Shown here piece by piece: positions 20,447-30,376 of a stretch of DNA of 64,000 nucleotides. The position numbers and the translations under genes are program-made. How positions within the stretch are numbered: the stretch's first letter is position 1; every line of letters begins with the position of its first letter. This stretch comes from Acidobacteriota bacterium (GTDB taxonomy: Bacteria > Acidobacteriota > UBA6911 > RPQK01 > JAJDTT01), in NCBI GenBank assembly GCA_965263035.1, contig OZ253580.1, forward strand, positions 4,672,001 through 4,736,000, written 5' to 3'. The notes below the pieces were generated by a model. It worked only from the letters and a program-made list of their open reading frames with translations. It was not told the origin of the DNA and did not search any database.

Positions 20447-22069
20447 ATGCAACTTCACTTCGCCGATCACGTGGTGCTGGGCGTCTATCTGGCGGCCATG
20501 ATGTTCCTGGGTTGGAGGCTCGCCAGGGGTCAGCAGACCGAAGAAGAATATTTTCTGGGCGGGCGGCGCCTCCCCTGGTTTGCCGTCGGAGTCAGCATCA
20601 TCGCCTCGCTCCTGTCCAGCATCACCTATCTGGCGAGTCCCGGCATCGTCTGGCGTTTCGGCTTCGGCGGTTTCGTCAGCTCCCTGTTCGCCATTCCCCT
20701 CGACATGATTCTGATTCTGCTCCTGGCCATTCCCTTCTTCGTCCGTTTCAAGTTCACCACGGCCTACGAATACCTGGAACACCGGTACGACCTCTCGGTG
20801 CGGCTGTTGGGCGCCACCATGTTTCTCCTGTTCGTCACCGTGCTCATGGGAGTGATCGTGCTGGTCTCGTCCCGCGCTCTGGCCGTGGCCACGGGTCTGC
20901 CTCTGGTGGTGATCATCGGCGTGATCGGAGTCGTCGCCACCGTGTACACCATGATGGGAGGGATTCGGGCCGTGGTCTGGACGGATGTGATTCAGGCGGC
21001 TCTCCTGGTGGGCGGAGGGCTGTTCACCGTCGGCTACGTGGCCTGGGTCACGGGTTCGGGACCGCTGGACTGGTTCCACGTCGTGATCGCCAGGGACAAC
21101 GAGAGTTTTGCCTTCTTCTCCCCCGACCCCACCGTGGCCGCCACGGTGGTGACCATGACCCTCTCGGGTGTGATCTGGACTCTGACGGCCCATTGCGCCA
21201 ACCAGATGACCCTGCAACGTTACTTCAGCACCGTGGACGTCCGGGCCGCCAAGCGCAGCTTCGTCACCAGTATCGTGGTCAGCGCGATGATCGCGCTCCT
21301 GCTGGCCATCATCGGCGCCTCCCTGGTCTACTACTACACTCACGGTCCGGAAGCCCTCCCCGAGCACATCAACTTGGCGAGCGGCAAGGATCGGGATTCC
21401 ATCTTCCCCTTCTTCGTGGCCTCCAGGATTCCGCCGGGACTGGCCGGAGCCATCTTCGCCGCCCTCCTGGCGGCGGCCATGTCCACCATCGACTCGGGCG
21501 TCAATTCCTGGGCCACCGTGGCCACGGTGGACTTCGGCCGGCTCCGCAAGAAGCCGTCCAGCGGGAACCGCGTCTTCCAGGCCCGGATCATCACCCTGAT
21601 CGTGGGGTTGGTGGTGACCGTGTCGGCCGTCTACCTGGACGGGCTCACCGGAATGGACGATATCCTCACCATACTGCCCAAGACCTTCAACTCCCTGGTG
21701 GGTTCGATGGGAGCTCTGTTCCTGGCGGGGATGCTGTTCCCCAGGGTCGGCACTCGCGCCGTCTGGCCGGCGGCGTTCATCGGCTTGGCCGTGGCTCTGG
21801 GAGTGGCCTATTCGCGCGACCTGCTGCAGCTCATGGACCCCTCCACCCACCAGGCCATGGCAGGTGTCTTCGGTGCGGACTTCACTCAGCGCCTGGTGGA
21901 AAAGGGGATGGGATTCACCTGGATCATCCTCTCGTCGGCCGTTGCCGCGCTGGGTTCCGCATGGCTGCTGAGCTTTGTGTTTCCCAATAAGGATCTGGAA
22001 AGGATCAAGGGCCTGACCTGGGCCACTCGCCACGAGCCCTCGCCGTTTACCCGGAAGGAGCTGGTCTGA
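20447..22069 (+). CDS. Sodium:solute symporter (SSS/SLC5, sialic acid/sugar-type)
   Basis: YFLGGRRLPW, TAYEYLE.RY, GGIRAVVWTDVIQ, QRY and AAAMSTIDS motifs. Confidence 0.92.
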   Translation: MQLHFADHVVLGVYLAAMMFLGWRLARGQQTEEEYFLGGRRLPWFAVGVSIIASLLSSITYLASPGIVWRFGFGGFVSSLFAIPLDMILILLLAIPFFVRFKFTTAYEYLEHRYDLSVRLLGATMFLLFVTVLMGVIVLVSSRALAVATGLPLVVIIGVIGVVATVYTMMGGIRAVVWTDVIQAALLVGGGLFTVGYVAWVTGSGPLDWFHVVIARDNESFAFFSPDPTVAATVVTMTLSGVIWTLTAHCANQMTLQRYFSTVDVRAAKRSFVTSIVVSAMIALLLAIIGASLVYYYTHGPEALPEHINLASGKDRDSIFPFFVASRIPPGLAGAIFAALLAAAMSTIDSGVNSWATVATVDFGRLRKKPSSGNRVFQARIITLIVGLVVTVSAVYLDGLTGMDDILTILPKTFNSLVGSMGALFLAGMLFPRVGTRAVWPAAFIGLAVALGVAYSRDLLQLMDPSTHQAMAGVFGADFTQRLVEKGMGFTWIILSSAVAALGSAWLLSFVFPNKDLERIKGLTWATRHEPSPFTRKELV

Positions 22070-22098
22070 GAAAGGAAAGAGAAGAGAGAAAAGAGTGA
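22066..22098. repeat. Purine-rich inverted repeat, left arm (right arm at 22541-22578)
   Basis: CTGAGAAAGGAAAGAGAAGAGAGAAAAGAGTGA versus reverse complement of the right arm CTGAGAAACAGAGGAAAAGAGAAAAGAGGAAAGAGTGA. Confidence 0.6.
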
Positions 22099-22241
22099 TG
22101 AAAGGTGAGTCGTTTACGCGCGGGGGGACGCAGACCAGGAGGTGGTCTCGTCAATGAGGTTTGAGCCAGATCGACTCGATGCCTTGTTTCTTTCCGGATT
22201 TCGCCGGACCCTGGCTGGTTCGGTGCGAGGGACACGTCCGA

Positions 22242-22481
22242 TCACGAATTCTCAAATTTCCCGAATATCCGTTCCACCTCCGCTCTCTCCGCGAAACGGC
22301 CTTGATCGGCTGCCTCTATTCCCACCCGGATACGTTCCTCCCGCCAGGCGTGCAGTTCAAGGAAATTTTCGATCGCTTCGTTCACGATGTCGTTGCGTGA
22401 CCGGTCCTGCAGCTTGGCAAGCGTGTCCAGTTGCCGAACGATCCCGCTGTCCGCACGAATGCTAAAGGCCTCAGGAGCCAT
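22242..22481 (-). CDS. CopG/RHH antitoxin-like protein (orphan)
   Basis: 79 aa; FSIR..LDTLA..DRSRN.IV.EAI..L...W..RI..GI.AAD.G.F pattern of ParD/RelB-type antitoxins. Confidence 0.85.
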   Translation of the reverse strand: MAPEAFSIRADSGIVRQLDTLAKLQDRSRNDIVNEAIENFLELHAWREERIRVGIEAADQGRFAERAEVERIFGKFENS

Positions 22482-22574
22482 GTGAATACCTCATCTAAAT
22501 TCGTTGCGGTTTTGTCACCGGTACATTCTCGCGAATGTCTTCACTCTTTCCTCTTTTCTCTTTTCCTCTGTTTC

Positions 22575-24212
22575 TCAGAAGATCTTGGAGAGCTTTCGAG
22601 TCTCCGCAGTGATCACGTCCACCACGGCCGGCTGTCCGTCTCTCGTAGCCTGAATCGCCCGTTTCAGGGCCGGCTGCAGCCCTTGGACTGTCTCCACCTT
22701 CTCTGCATGGCAGCCCAAGGCGCGCGCCACGTTGGCGTAGTCCCCGGTCTGGGTCGAGATCTTGTAGCGTTCGACGGCCACGGGGATGTGCCGATCGTAG
22801 CCGCTGAAGATGGAGTCGTGCTTGATCACGGTGAGGATGGGGATGTTCTCCCGGACCGCCGTCTCCCAATCCATTCCGGTCATCCCCACGGAGGCGTCCC
22901 CCATGACGTTGACCACCAGCTTGTCGGGATGGGCGATCTTGGCTCCCATGGCCAGGCCCAGGGAAAAGCCCAACTGGGAGGACTGGCCCCATCCCAGATA
23001 GCTCCGTGGTGTGTTGGCCTGGTAGAAGACGCTCTGGATGTCCCGCGAGGCGCCCGATTCGTGGGTCACGATGGAGGTGTCCGGATCGATGGCCGACCAT
23101 AGCTCCCGGAACATCCGGTAACCGTTGACGGGTCGGGAATCGTCGCTGAACAGAGACTCGAACTCCTCCAACCAGGCGGTCCGCAGCCGTGAGAGGGTCT
23201 CGACCGTCTCCTGACGATGGGCTTCCCGGTCTTTTCCCACCTTGGATTTCAGGACCTCGGCCAGTTGCCGCAGGAACAGTTTGGCGTCGGCCACGACCGG
23301 GAGCACCGCCGGATATTCCTTGTTGATGTCGGACGGGTCCACGGTGGCGTGGATGATGGCTTTTCCAGGCGGGACCGGTGGTGTGAAGGGAGCCACGGTA
23401 AGGCTGGAGCCGACGGCCAGGATCAGGTCGGTGTCGGTCAGGTAATGCCGCGCCATGTGGGTGATGGAGTAGGCGCCGACGCCGGCCGAAAGCTCATGGC
23501 GTTCGGGGAAGCCGCTCTTTCCCTGAAGCGTGGTCATGACGGGGATTCCCAGGAGTTCGGCCACTGCCACCAGCTCCCGGCTCGCCTCGGCGTAGAGGAT
23601 GCCCTGGCCGGCCCAGATCATGGGACGCCGGGCGCGCAGCAGGCGGTCGGCGGCCTCTTCCACGGATCCCGGATCGGCGGCCACCCGCATCCGGGGGATC
23701 GGCGTGTATTCCAGGTCGCCGACGAACTCCGCGTTGCAGGCGTCGTCCAACAGCTCCAGCATCACCGGGCCCGGCCTCCCCGAGCGCAGGGCCGTGAAGG
23801 CGTGCCGGAGCCGGCTGGGCGCCAACTCGGGCGAGATCACCTTGTTGGCCATCTTGGTGGTGGCCCGGTAGTTGTCGACGCAGTCGAAGGAAGGATGGGT
23901 CCCGATCTGGTCCAGGCCAGCGTGTCCCGGCAGGAAGAGGACCGGAGTCGAATCGGTGAAGGAGTGGGCCACCCCCGCGAACGCGTTCTCGGCGCCGGCT
24001 CGGGACTGGACCGTGAAGACCCCGATCTGACGTCCGTTGGTGGACCGGGAGACGCCGTCGGCCATGTTGCCGGCGACCCGCTCCTGCCGGGCGCTCAGGA
24101 TTCGGACACCGGCGCGGGCCAGGGCGTCCAACAGGTTGGTCAAGGGGTAGCAGAACACCTGCCGGATCCCTTCCATTTGCAAGATCTTGACGATGGCATC
24201 GGCGCCGGTCAT
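22575..24212 (-). CDS. Thiamine diphosphate-dependent enzyme (acetolactate synthase-like)
   Basis: RQER..GNMADG, SGRPGPV and GDAS ThDP-binding motifs. Confidence 0.9.
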   Translation of the reverse strand: MTGADAIVKILQMEGIRQVFCYPLTNLLDALARAGVRILSARQERVAGNMADGVSRSTNGRQIGVFTVQSRAGAENAFAGVAHSFTDSTPVLFLPGHAGLDQIGTHPSFDCVDNYRATTKMANKVISPELAPSRLRHAFTALRSGRPGPVMLELLDDACNAEFVGDLEYTPIPRMRVAADPGSVEEAADRLLRARRPMIWAGQGILYAEASRELVAVAELLGIPVMTTLQGKSGFPERHELSAGVGAYSITHMARHYLTDTDLILAVGSSLTVAPFTPPVPPGKAIIHATVDPSDINKEYPAVLPVVADAKLFLRQLAEVLKSKVGKDREAHRQETVETLSRLRTAWLEEFESLFSDDSRPVNGYRMFRELWSAIDPDTSIVTHESGASRDIQSVFYQANTPRSYLGWGQSSQLGFSLGLAMGAKIAHPDKLVVNVMGDASVGMTGMDWETAVRENIPILTVIKHDSIFSGYDRHIPVAVERYKISTQTGDYANVARALGCHAEKVETVQGLQPALKRAIQATRDGQPAVVDVITAETRKLSKIF

Positions 24213-24323
24213 GGGACTCTTCTCCTTGTTCGTTTCTGGTCGTTTCGGAGGGCCCGGGTATCCTAACATCCGGGTAGGGGCCGATCCACGGTGCTTCTCC
24301 CGTCGAGGTGTGCGGATCCTCGC

Positions 24324-24803
24324 TCAGGACCTCCCGGGAACCTCGATGACGACGTAGTCTTCCTCCACGGCCACCGGGTAGGTCTCCAATCTGTAGGGAC
24401 CGGGGCAGAGGCCGCTCATCTCGGGATCGGACACCGGGCCGCGGTTCTCCACCGCCAGAGAAGCACCGCTCTCGACCCGGGCCGGGTAGGTGGCCACCCG
24501 CAACCGGGCCGGGTCGAACCAGGACTGGCCGGTCTTGACGTCGAACTCCCACCCGTGCCAGGGACAGCGCAGGATCTCGCCATTCCGCAGGTACTCGAAC
24601 TCGCCCGGAGTCGGCGATGTGGCGAATCCCGTGAGGTGCCCCAGGCAGACCGGGCCACCCTGATGGGGACAACTGTTGCGAAGCGCGTAAAAACGGCCGC
24701 CCACGTTGAAGACGCCGATGGACCGGGCCCCGATCTTCACCAGCTTGCGGGACCCGGGCGGCAGGGAGTCGATGCTGCAGATCAGGTGTCGCTGGAGGGG
24801 CAT
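24324..24803 (-). CDS. Rieske [2Fe-2S] ferredoxin
   Basis: CPHQG...CPWHGWEFD. Confidence 0.93.
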   Translation of the reverse strand: MPLQRHLICSIDSLPPGSRKLVKIGARSIGVFNVGGRFYALRNSCPHQGGPVCLGHLTGFATSPTPGEFEYLRNGEILRCPWHGWEFDVKTGQSWFDPARLRVATYPARVESGASLAVENRGPVSDPEMSGLCPGPYRLETYPVAVEEDYVVIEVPGRS

Positions 24804-24821
24804 TTGCTTGTTTTACGTCCT

Positions 24822-24915
24822 GGAGGGGCGATTTCTAATCGCCCCTCCCACGTCCGCTCACTCCGCTGTTCTCCGTCGCACATTGGGAGTTCGGCGACTG
24901 GAAGTCGCCGCTCCC
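24822..24915. repeat. REP doublet inside operon
   Basis: GGAGGGGCGATTTCTAATCGCCCCTCC ... CGGCGACTGGAAGTCGCCGCTCCC. Confidence 0.8.
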
Positions 24916-24924
24916 GGGGTGCCC

Positions 24925-26037
24925 CTACGCCTCTCCGAAATCGTAAAGGCTCCGCGCGTTCTCGGACATGACGCCTCGCCTGAACTCCCGGGGAAGACTC
25001 GGCGGGAGGGCCTGCGCCGGAGAGTCGAAGTCCCAGTGGGGGTAGTCGGTGGCGAACAGAAGGCGGTCGTCCATGTCCAGCTGCTCCAGCAGTTGCACGA
25101 GATACTCGTGCCGGGGCGGTTCCTCCATGGGTTGGGTGGTAGACCAGAAGTGGCGGCGGATGGTCTCCGACGGTAGCCGCCGCAGGTCGGGAACCTCTTC
25201 CTTGAGTCTCCGCCAGGAGCGGTCCAGGCGCCACATCAGGGGAGGCAGCCAGCCGAACCCGCCCTCGATCAGCACCACCTGCAATCCGGGGAACCGTTCG
25301 AACACCCCTTCCGTCACCAGGCTGATCACCTGGGACTGAAAGGCCTGGGGCATGCCGGCGTGATCCTCGTAGTAGTGGTTGGGCCACCCTCCACCGGTCA
25401 GGGGCTGGCCCGAGTTTCCCCCGAAGTGGAGGCCGAAGGGGAGGCCGTGGCGCTCGCAGGCCTCGTACATCTTCCAGTATTTGCGCCGGCCCAGGGGCTG
25501 TTGGGTGCGGACCGCCGCCAGCACCTGGACGAAGCCGGGATGGTCTCCCACGCGGTCGATCTCGGCCGCCGACAGCTCCCCGTCTTCGTAGGGCACCACG
25601 ATGGAGGCCCGCAGCCGTGGCTCGGGTTCCAGCCAGGCCTCGATCTGCCAGTCGTTGAGACCGCGCGCGAAGGCGGCGCCGAACTCCAGGTTCTGCTGCC
25701 GGCCCGCGCCGACGAGACAGTTCAGGAGGCCATATTCGATATCCCACTCGTCCAGCAACTGCTCCCGCAGGAAGTCCAGGTCCGAGCCGGCGGGCAGGCC
25801 GGAAGGGGGCCAGGAATCGTGCCGGGCGGCGTTGGGACTGGCTCGGGGGTACTCGCAGCCGTCGTGTCCCCGGAGTCCGATCAAGCGGTGATGATTCCGC
25901 CAGCGTTGGGGAAGGTACTTGCGGATCGCCTCGTTGGAGGGCAGAGCGTTGTGGATGTCGCAGTCGATGACGGCGGTCTTGGACCGGCGCCTTCTGCGGA
26001 TCACCGCTCGAGTCTTGGGTTCAACGGCGATGGCCAT
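24925..26037 (-). CDS. Amidohydrolase_2 family protein (probable dinuclear oxygenase subunit)
   Basis: IDCDIH, LHFGG, IEGG, TTQPMEEP and FATDYPHWD motifs. Confidence 0.9.
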   Translation of the reverse strand: MAIAVEPKTRAVIRRRRRSKTAVIDCDIHNALPSNEAIRKYLPQRWRNHHRLIGLRGHDGCEYPRASPNAARHDSWPPSGLPAGSDLDFLREQLLDEWDIEYGLLNCLVGAGRQQNLEFGAAFARGLNDWQIEAWLEPEPRLRASIVVPYEDGELSAAEIDRVGDHPGFVQVLAAVRTQQPLGRRKYWKMYEACERHGLPFGLHFGGNSGQPLTGGGWPNHYYEDHAGMPQAFQSQVISLVTEGVFERFPGLQVVLIEGGFGWLPPLMWRLDRSWRRLKEEVPDLRRLPSETIRRHFWSTTQPMEEPPRHEYLVQLLEQLDMDDRLLFATDYPHWDFDSPAQALPPSLPREFRRGVMSENARSLYDFGEA

Positions 26038-26047
26038 GTTTTCCTCC

Positions 26048-27085
26048 TCAAAGCCGATAGAACTCACGGGCGTTTTCAGATCCGATCCGGTCCCGCAGCG
26101 AGTCGGGAAGCTGGACCGGGAGCACTTCCTCCGGGGCGCCGTCGTGGCAGTGCGGATAGTCGGAGGAGAACATCAGGAGGTCCTGTCCGTCCATCTGCTC
26201 CAGGACCTCCAGCAACTGCCGGGTCCGGGGCGGAGCGTCCACCGGCTGCAGGGTCAGGCGGATGTGTTCCCGGATGTATTCCGACGGGGGCCGCTTGACC
26301 CAGGGGATGTCCCGGCGCAGTCCTCTCCATTCCTTGTCGAGCCGCCACATGAGGGAGGGCATCCAGGTGAAGCCGCCCTCGATCAGAGCCACCCGCAGTT
26401 GGGGATAGCGGTCGAAGGTCCCTTCGGCAATCAGGCTCAGGATCTGGGACTGGAAGACCTGGGACATGCCGGCGTACTCCTCCAGATAGGTGGAAGGCCA
26501 CCCGCAGGGGGTGGGGGGATTGCCGGAGGAGCCGCCGAAATGGATTCCGACGGCCAGGTCGTGGCGGAGGACCGCCTCGTAGAGGGGATCGAAGCGGCGG
26601 TTTCCATAGGGGGTCCAAGACCGGACCGGCAGGATCACCTGCACGAAGCCGGGATGGTCCCCCAGACGATCGATCTCCTGGGCAGCCAGGACCGGGTTCT
26701 GGCTCGGCACCACCAGGGAGGCGCGCAGGCGGGAGTCCGCCGTCAACCAGTGCTCCACCTGCCAGGTGTTGATGGCGGTGGCCAGCGCCGACGCCAGGTA
26801 TTCGTTGTGGACGCTCTGGACCCAGTAGTTGCAGTTCAGGATTCCCAGCTCCAGGTTCCAGGCGTCCAGGGTCTGGGCGCAGAGGAACTCGGGGTCCGAA
26901 CCGGGCGGCCCCCCGGACGGAGGTGTGGTGCCCGGACGCGCCGGAATGGGTGTCCCCTCGGGATAGTCGTTCACGTCGGGGCCCACGAACGCCGACTCGC
27001 GAAGGTACGCCCGCCAGTGCTCCTCCAGGTAGGGCACCAACGTCTCCAGGGAGGGAAGCTGATTGTGGATGTCGCAATCAATCAT
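26048..27085 (-). CDS. Amidohydrolase_2 family protein (paralogous partner subunit)
   Basis: MIDCDIH, IHFGG, IEGG and FSSDYPH motifs. Confidence 0.9.
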   Translation of the reverse strand: MIDCDIHNQLPSLETLVPYLEEHWRAYLRESAFVGPDVNDYPEGTPIPARPGTTPPSGGPPGSDPEFLCAQTLDAWNLELGILNCNYWVQSVHNEYLASALATAINTWQVEHWLTADSRLRASLVVPSQNPVLAAQEIDRLGDHPGFVQVILPVRSWTPYGNRRFDPLYEAVLRHDLAVGIHFGGSSGNPPTPCGWPSTYLEEYAGMSQVFQSQILSLIAEGTFDRYPQLRVALIEGGFTWMPSLMWRLDKEWRGLRRDIPWVKRPPSEYIREHIRLTLQPVDAPPRTRQLLEVLEQMDGQDLLMFSSDYPHCHDGAPEEVLPVQLPDSLRDRIGSENAREFYRL

Positions 27086-27103
27086 CTCGACTCTCCGGCC
27101 GCT

Positions 27104-28093
27104 TCAGCCGGTCTCCAGGGATTCGGGTTGCCCCGTCTTCAAAGATCGTATCAGAGCGTCCACTCCCAGAGTTCCCTGGAGGGCGTCCTGGGGCGGGCTG
27201 CTCACCGGATGACGCCCCTCCAGAGCGTCCAGAAAGTGATCCCGCTGGGCCCGCATGACGTCGTCCCGGTCCACGGTGATTTTCTCCAGGGGCCGCTGTC
27301 CGGTTTCCCGGTCGCCGTGCTCCACTTGATTGCGGCTCAAATCCACCCGAACGTAGCCCAGCTCTCCCTGGAAGGTATACGTGCAGCGGTCCGGATAGGC
27401 GACGTAGTCGATGTGCAGCTCGGCCACGCGCTCCGACTCGTATTCGATCACGGCGCTGAGGAGGTTGGGGCGGCTGGTGAAGGGAAGTCCCTCGACCTGG
27501 ATGCCCCGGGCGTAGACCGAAACCGGCCGCTCCTCCATGAGCCACCAGAAGGTGTCGAACCCGTAGACGTAGTCCAAGGCCGCCGAGCCGAAGACGTCCC
27601 GTTGGTGCCGGGAGCGGGAGTTCGCGAGCGTATTCAAGGTGGCGACGGAGAACCGGGCGTAGCAGACTCGTCCGATGCGGCCCTGCCGGATGAGTTTTTG
27701 GGCGCGCAGCATCTCGGGCATGAACCTCTGGATGAACCCCACGTTCAGAATCCGATCCGTCCGTTGTTGATCCCGGATCATGCTCCTGGCCCCCACGGCG
27801 GAATCGGAGATCGGTTTTTCGCAGAAGACGTGGGCGCCCGATTCCAGGGCAATCCGGCTCAGGGCGGCGTGGGATGCGGGAGGCGTGCAGACGAAGACCA
27901 CGTCGGGCCGGGCGGCAGCGGCCCGTTGGAAATCGCTCCATTGGCGGGCGCCGGGAACGGCGAGTCCCGCTTCGGACAACCCTTCGGGCCGACTGTCGCA
28001 GACCTCGACCGCAAGATCCTCGACCTCGGCCAGGAGCCGCAGATGCCGCAGGCCGATGGAGCCTGCACCCACCACCAGAACCCGTCTCTTCAC
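27104..28093 (-). CDS. Gfo/Idh/MocA oxidoreductase
   Basis: VVGAGSIG and HVFCEKP motifs; GTG at 28093 chosen. Confidence 0.9.
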   Translation of the reverse strand: MKRRVLVVGAGSIGLRHLRLLAEVEDLAVEVCDSRPEGLSEAGLAVPGARQWSDFQRAAAARPDVVFVCTPPASHAALSRIALESGAHVFCEKPISDSAVGARSMIRDQQRTDRILNVGFIQRFMPEMLRAQKLIRQGRIGRVCYARFSVATLNTLANSRSRHQRDVFGSAALDYVYGFDTFWWLMEERPVSVYARGIQVEGLPFTSRPNLLSAVIEYESERVAELHIDYVAYPDRCTYTFQGELGYVRVDLSRNQVEHGDRETGQRPLEKITVDRDDVMRAQRDHFLDALEGRHPVSSPPQDALQGTLGVDALIRSLKTGQPESLETG

Positions 28094-28208
28094 GCCGTGT
28101 GTTGCCTCCGTGGCAGCTGACCGGGCCAGATTCCTACGGGAGGGGACGAAATGCAAGCCCGAGAAGAGCCCGCCGGTGCGGTTCCACGGAACACCGGAGA
28201 CGGCCGGC

Positions 28209-29204
28209 TCAAATGTCGTAGAGAGAACGTTGCAGGGGCTTCTTCGTGGCTGGGTCGGCGACTTCGTTCAACTCCATGGGATAGGGATTGAACAAGGTCT
28301 GATTCCTCAGGTCCCTGGGACCGTGGCGCAGGACCCAGGACCGCAGCAGGCTCACCGGTCCGCTGGCGGGAATCTTGCCGTTCCGGAAACGTTCGAGACG
28401 ATCCAGAAAGAGGGCCTTGTCCCGGTCGGTCAACTGCTTGGAAATCGGCCCCAAGGCGTAGATCAGGACGCCGATGAGGGATGTGTATCGGGGATTCCGT
28501 GAAAGGGCATTCGATAAACGCCTCTTGTACTCCTTGGCGAGGACGGCCGCGTCCGGCTCGCCGTCGTCCGACAACAGTTTGTCCAGCCGATCCAGCTCCT
28601 TCCGGTTGTAGGCCATGAGCAGAAGGCGGTTCTTGGCATGGAACCGGTTCAAGGCTTCCCGGTTCGGTCTTCGGGCGATCCGGCGGAGTCCAGCCAGCGC
28701 ATAGAGCCGGGTCAGGAATTGTTCCCGCCGGACTCGATTCCGGAGGCGCTTCTCGTCCTCGACGGCCGCGTCGGGAAAGTGCTCCAGGACGGCCGCGGCG
28801 AAGATCCCGGCACCGCGTTCCAGCACCGTCTCCTGATCGGCGTCGTGGATCTTGGTGTCCCGGATGCCGCAACTGGGGGACCGGCTCTTGAGGATGAATC
28901 CGTCCACTTCTTTCAGTGTTCCCAAAAACGACTGGCTAAAGGTGGTCATCCGTTGGGTCAGGTCGCGTCCGGTCGCCGGTTGAACCAGGGTCCGGCCGCC
29001 GTCGCCGGCGAGGATCCGGATGGGTTCCCGAGGAACGCCCAGGCCGATCTCCAGTTCGGGGCAGACCGGCCGGATTTTGACGTAGGAGGAGAGATGGTGG
29101 ATGAAGTCTTCCCGGATCATCTTGCCGTTGTAGCGGCAGGCTTCGACGCCGAGGCAACGGCTCAGGACAACGACGGGGGTCGGGGTCCGGCTATTGGACT
29201 TCAA
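28209..29204 (-). CDS. DUF523 + DUF1722 protein (YbgA / thiouracil desulfurase-like)
   Basis: SRCLG..CRYNG, CPE..IGLGVPRE and KSRSPSCG motifs; C-terminal FHAKN.LLLMA and PYP. Confidence 0.9.
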   Translation of the reverse strand: MKSNSRTPTPVVVLSRCLGVEACRYNGKMIREDFIHHLSSYVKIRPVCPELEIGLGVPREPIRILAGDGGRTLVQPATGRDLTQRMTTFSQSFLGTLKEVDGFILKSRSPSCGIRDTKIHDADQETVLERGAGIFAAAVLEHFPDAAVEDEKRLRNRVRREQFLTRLYALAGLRRIARRPNREALNRFHAKNRLLLMAYNRKELDRLDKLLSDDGEPDAAVLAKEYKRRLSNALSRNPRYTSLIGVLIYALGPISKQLTDRDKALFLDRLERFRNGKIPASGPVSLLRSWVLRHGPRDLRNQTLFNPYPMELNEVADPATKKPLQRSLYDI

Positions 29205-29285
29205 AGGTCGCGTACTCCCGGCCAAGCTTCCTGGGCATGCAGGAGCGTCAACGGTCCCGCCCTGACGGGGGACCTTCTCAACGGA

Positions 29286-30275
29286 TCAGACTTCTCCCCA
29301 CGAGGACATTTCGGCCTTCAACTCCGGATCCAGGTTCATCCGAAACGATTCCAGAGCATTGTCGATGTGGTCGTACTTGCGTGCGCCCGCCAGGACCGCC
29401 GTCACGTCCGGGTTGCTCATGGCCCACGCCATGGCCAGCCGCACCATGGAGAACCCCGTCTCCTCGGACTTGGCTCGAAGCTGTTCCACAATCCTGAAGA
29501 ACCGGTCGTGGAAGTAGATGTCCCCGTGTCCGGGGACGATGTCGAAGCGGGTTCCCGAGGGCAGGTTTTCCATTTCGGCCGTGTACTTGCCCGCGAAAAA
29601 GCCGGCTCCCAGAGGACTGTAGGTGGTGACGGCGATCTGTTCGCGGCTGCATAGGGGGAAGAGGTCCCTCTCGTATTCCCTGATGGCAAGGTTGTACGGG
29701 GGCTGGGTGATCTCGAAAGGGCGATATCCCCGCTTGCGGCTGATCTCCAGCGACTCGCGCATCATGTCCGCGGTGAAGTTGCTGCAGCCCAGGGCCACGA
29801 TGCGTCCCGCCTCCGCTTCCTGGTTGAGGGCGTCCAGACTCTCTTCGATGGGGACGTTGGGGTCGGGGGAGTGGATCTTGTAGGCGTCGACCGAATCGGT
29901 CCGGAGCCGTTCCAGGCTCGCCGCCAGAGCCTTGTGGATATTCTCGGGACTGGCGCCGGTGCTGACCTTGGTGCAGACCGTCACCTCGTTCCGGCAGCCC
30001 CGCGCCTCCATCCAGCGGCCGATGGTGTTCTCCGATGAGCTCATCTCCAGGGTGACCTCGCGCCTGTCTTCGACTCCATACTCCTTGATGCGGTACTGCT
30101 GAGAATTGCCTCCGCCGTAGGACTCGGCCGTGTCCAGGAAGGTGATGCCCTTCTCCACGGCGTAGTCCAGCACCCGCCACGAGGTCTCCTCATCGATCTC
30201 CCGGCCAAAGGTGGCGCAACCCAATCCGATGGGACTCATCATGCGTCCCGTTTTTCCCAACGGCCTCAGCTTCAT
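29286..30275 (-). CDS. Aldo/keto reductase
   Basis: GLGCATFG, DTAESY, SLERLRTD, GCSN, QPPYNL and YSPL motifs. Confidence 0.92.
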   Translation of the reverse strand: MKLRPLGKTGRMMSPIGLGCATFGREIDEETSWRVLDYAVEKGITFLDTAESYGGGNSQQYRIKEYGVEDRREVTLEMSSSENTIGRWMEARGCRNEVTVCTKVSTGASPENIHKALAASLERLRTDSVDAYKIHSPDPNVPIEESLDALNQEAEAGRIVALGCSNFTADMMRESLEISRKRGYRPFEITQPPYNLAIREYERDLFPLCSREQIAVTTYSPLGAGFFAGKYTAEMENLPSGTRFDIVPGHGDIYFHDRFFRIVEQLRAKSEETGFSMVRLAMAWAMSNPDVTAVLAGARKYDHIDNALESFRMNLDPELKAEMSSWGEV

Positions 30276-30376
30276 TCGGATTCCCCTTTCAACGAGTATG
30301 GTGGAAGCGGCGGTCCCGGTGGCCTCGGCAGCCCCCGCGCGGCTGTAAAGCTTACCAGTTTCCCCGCGTGGTAGTC

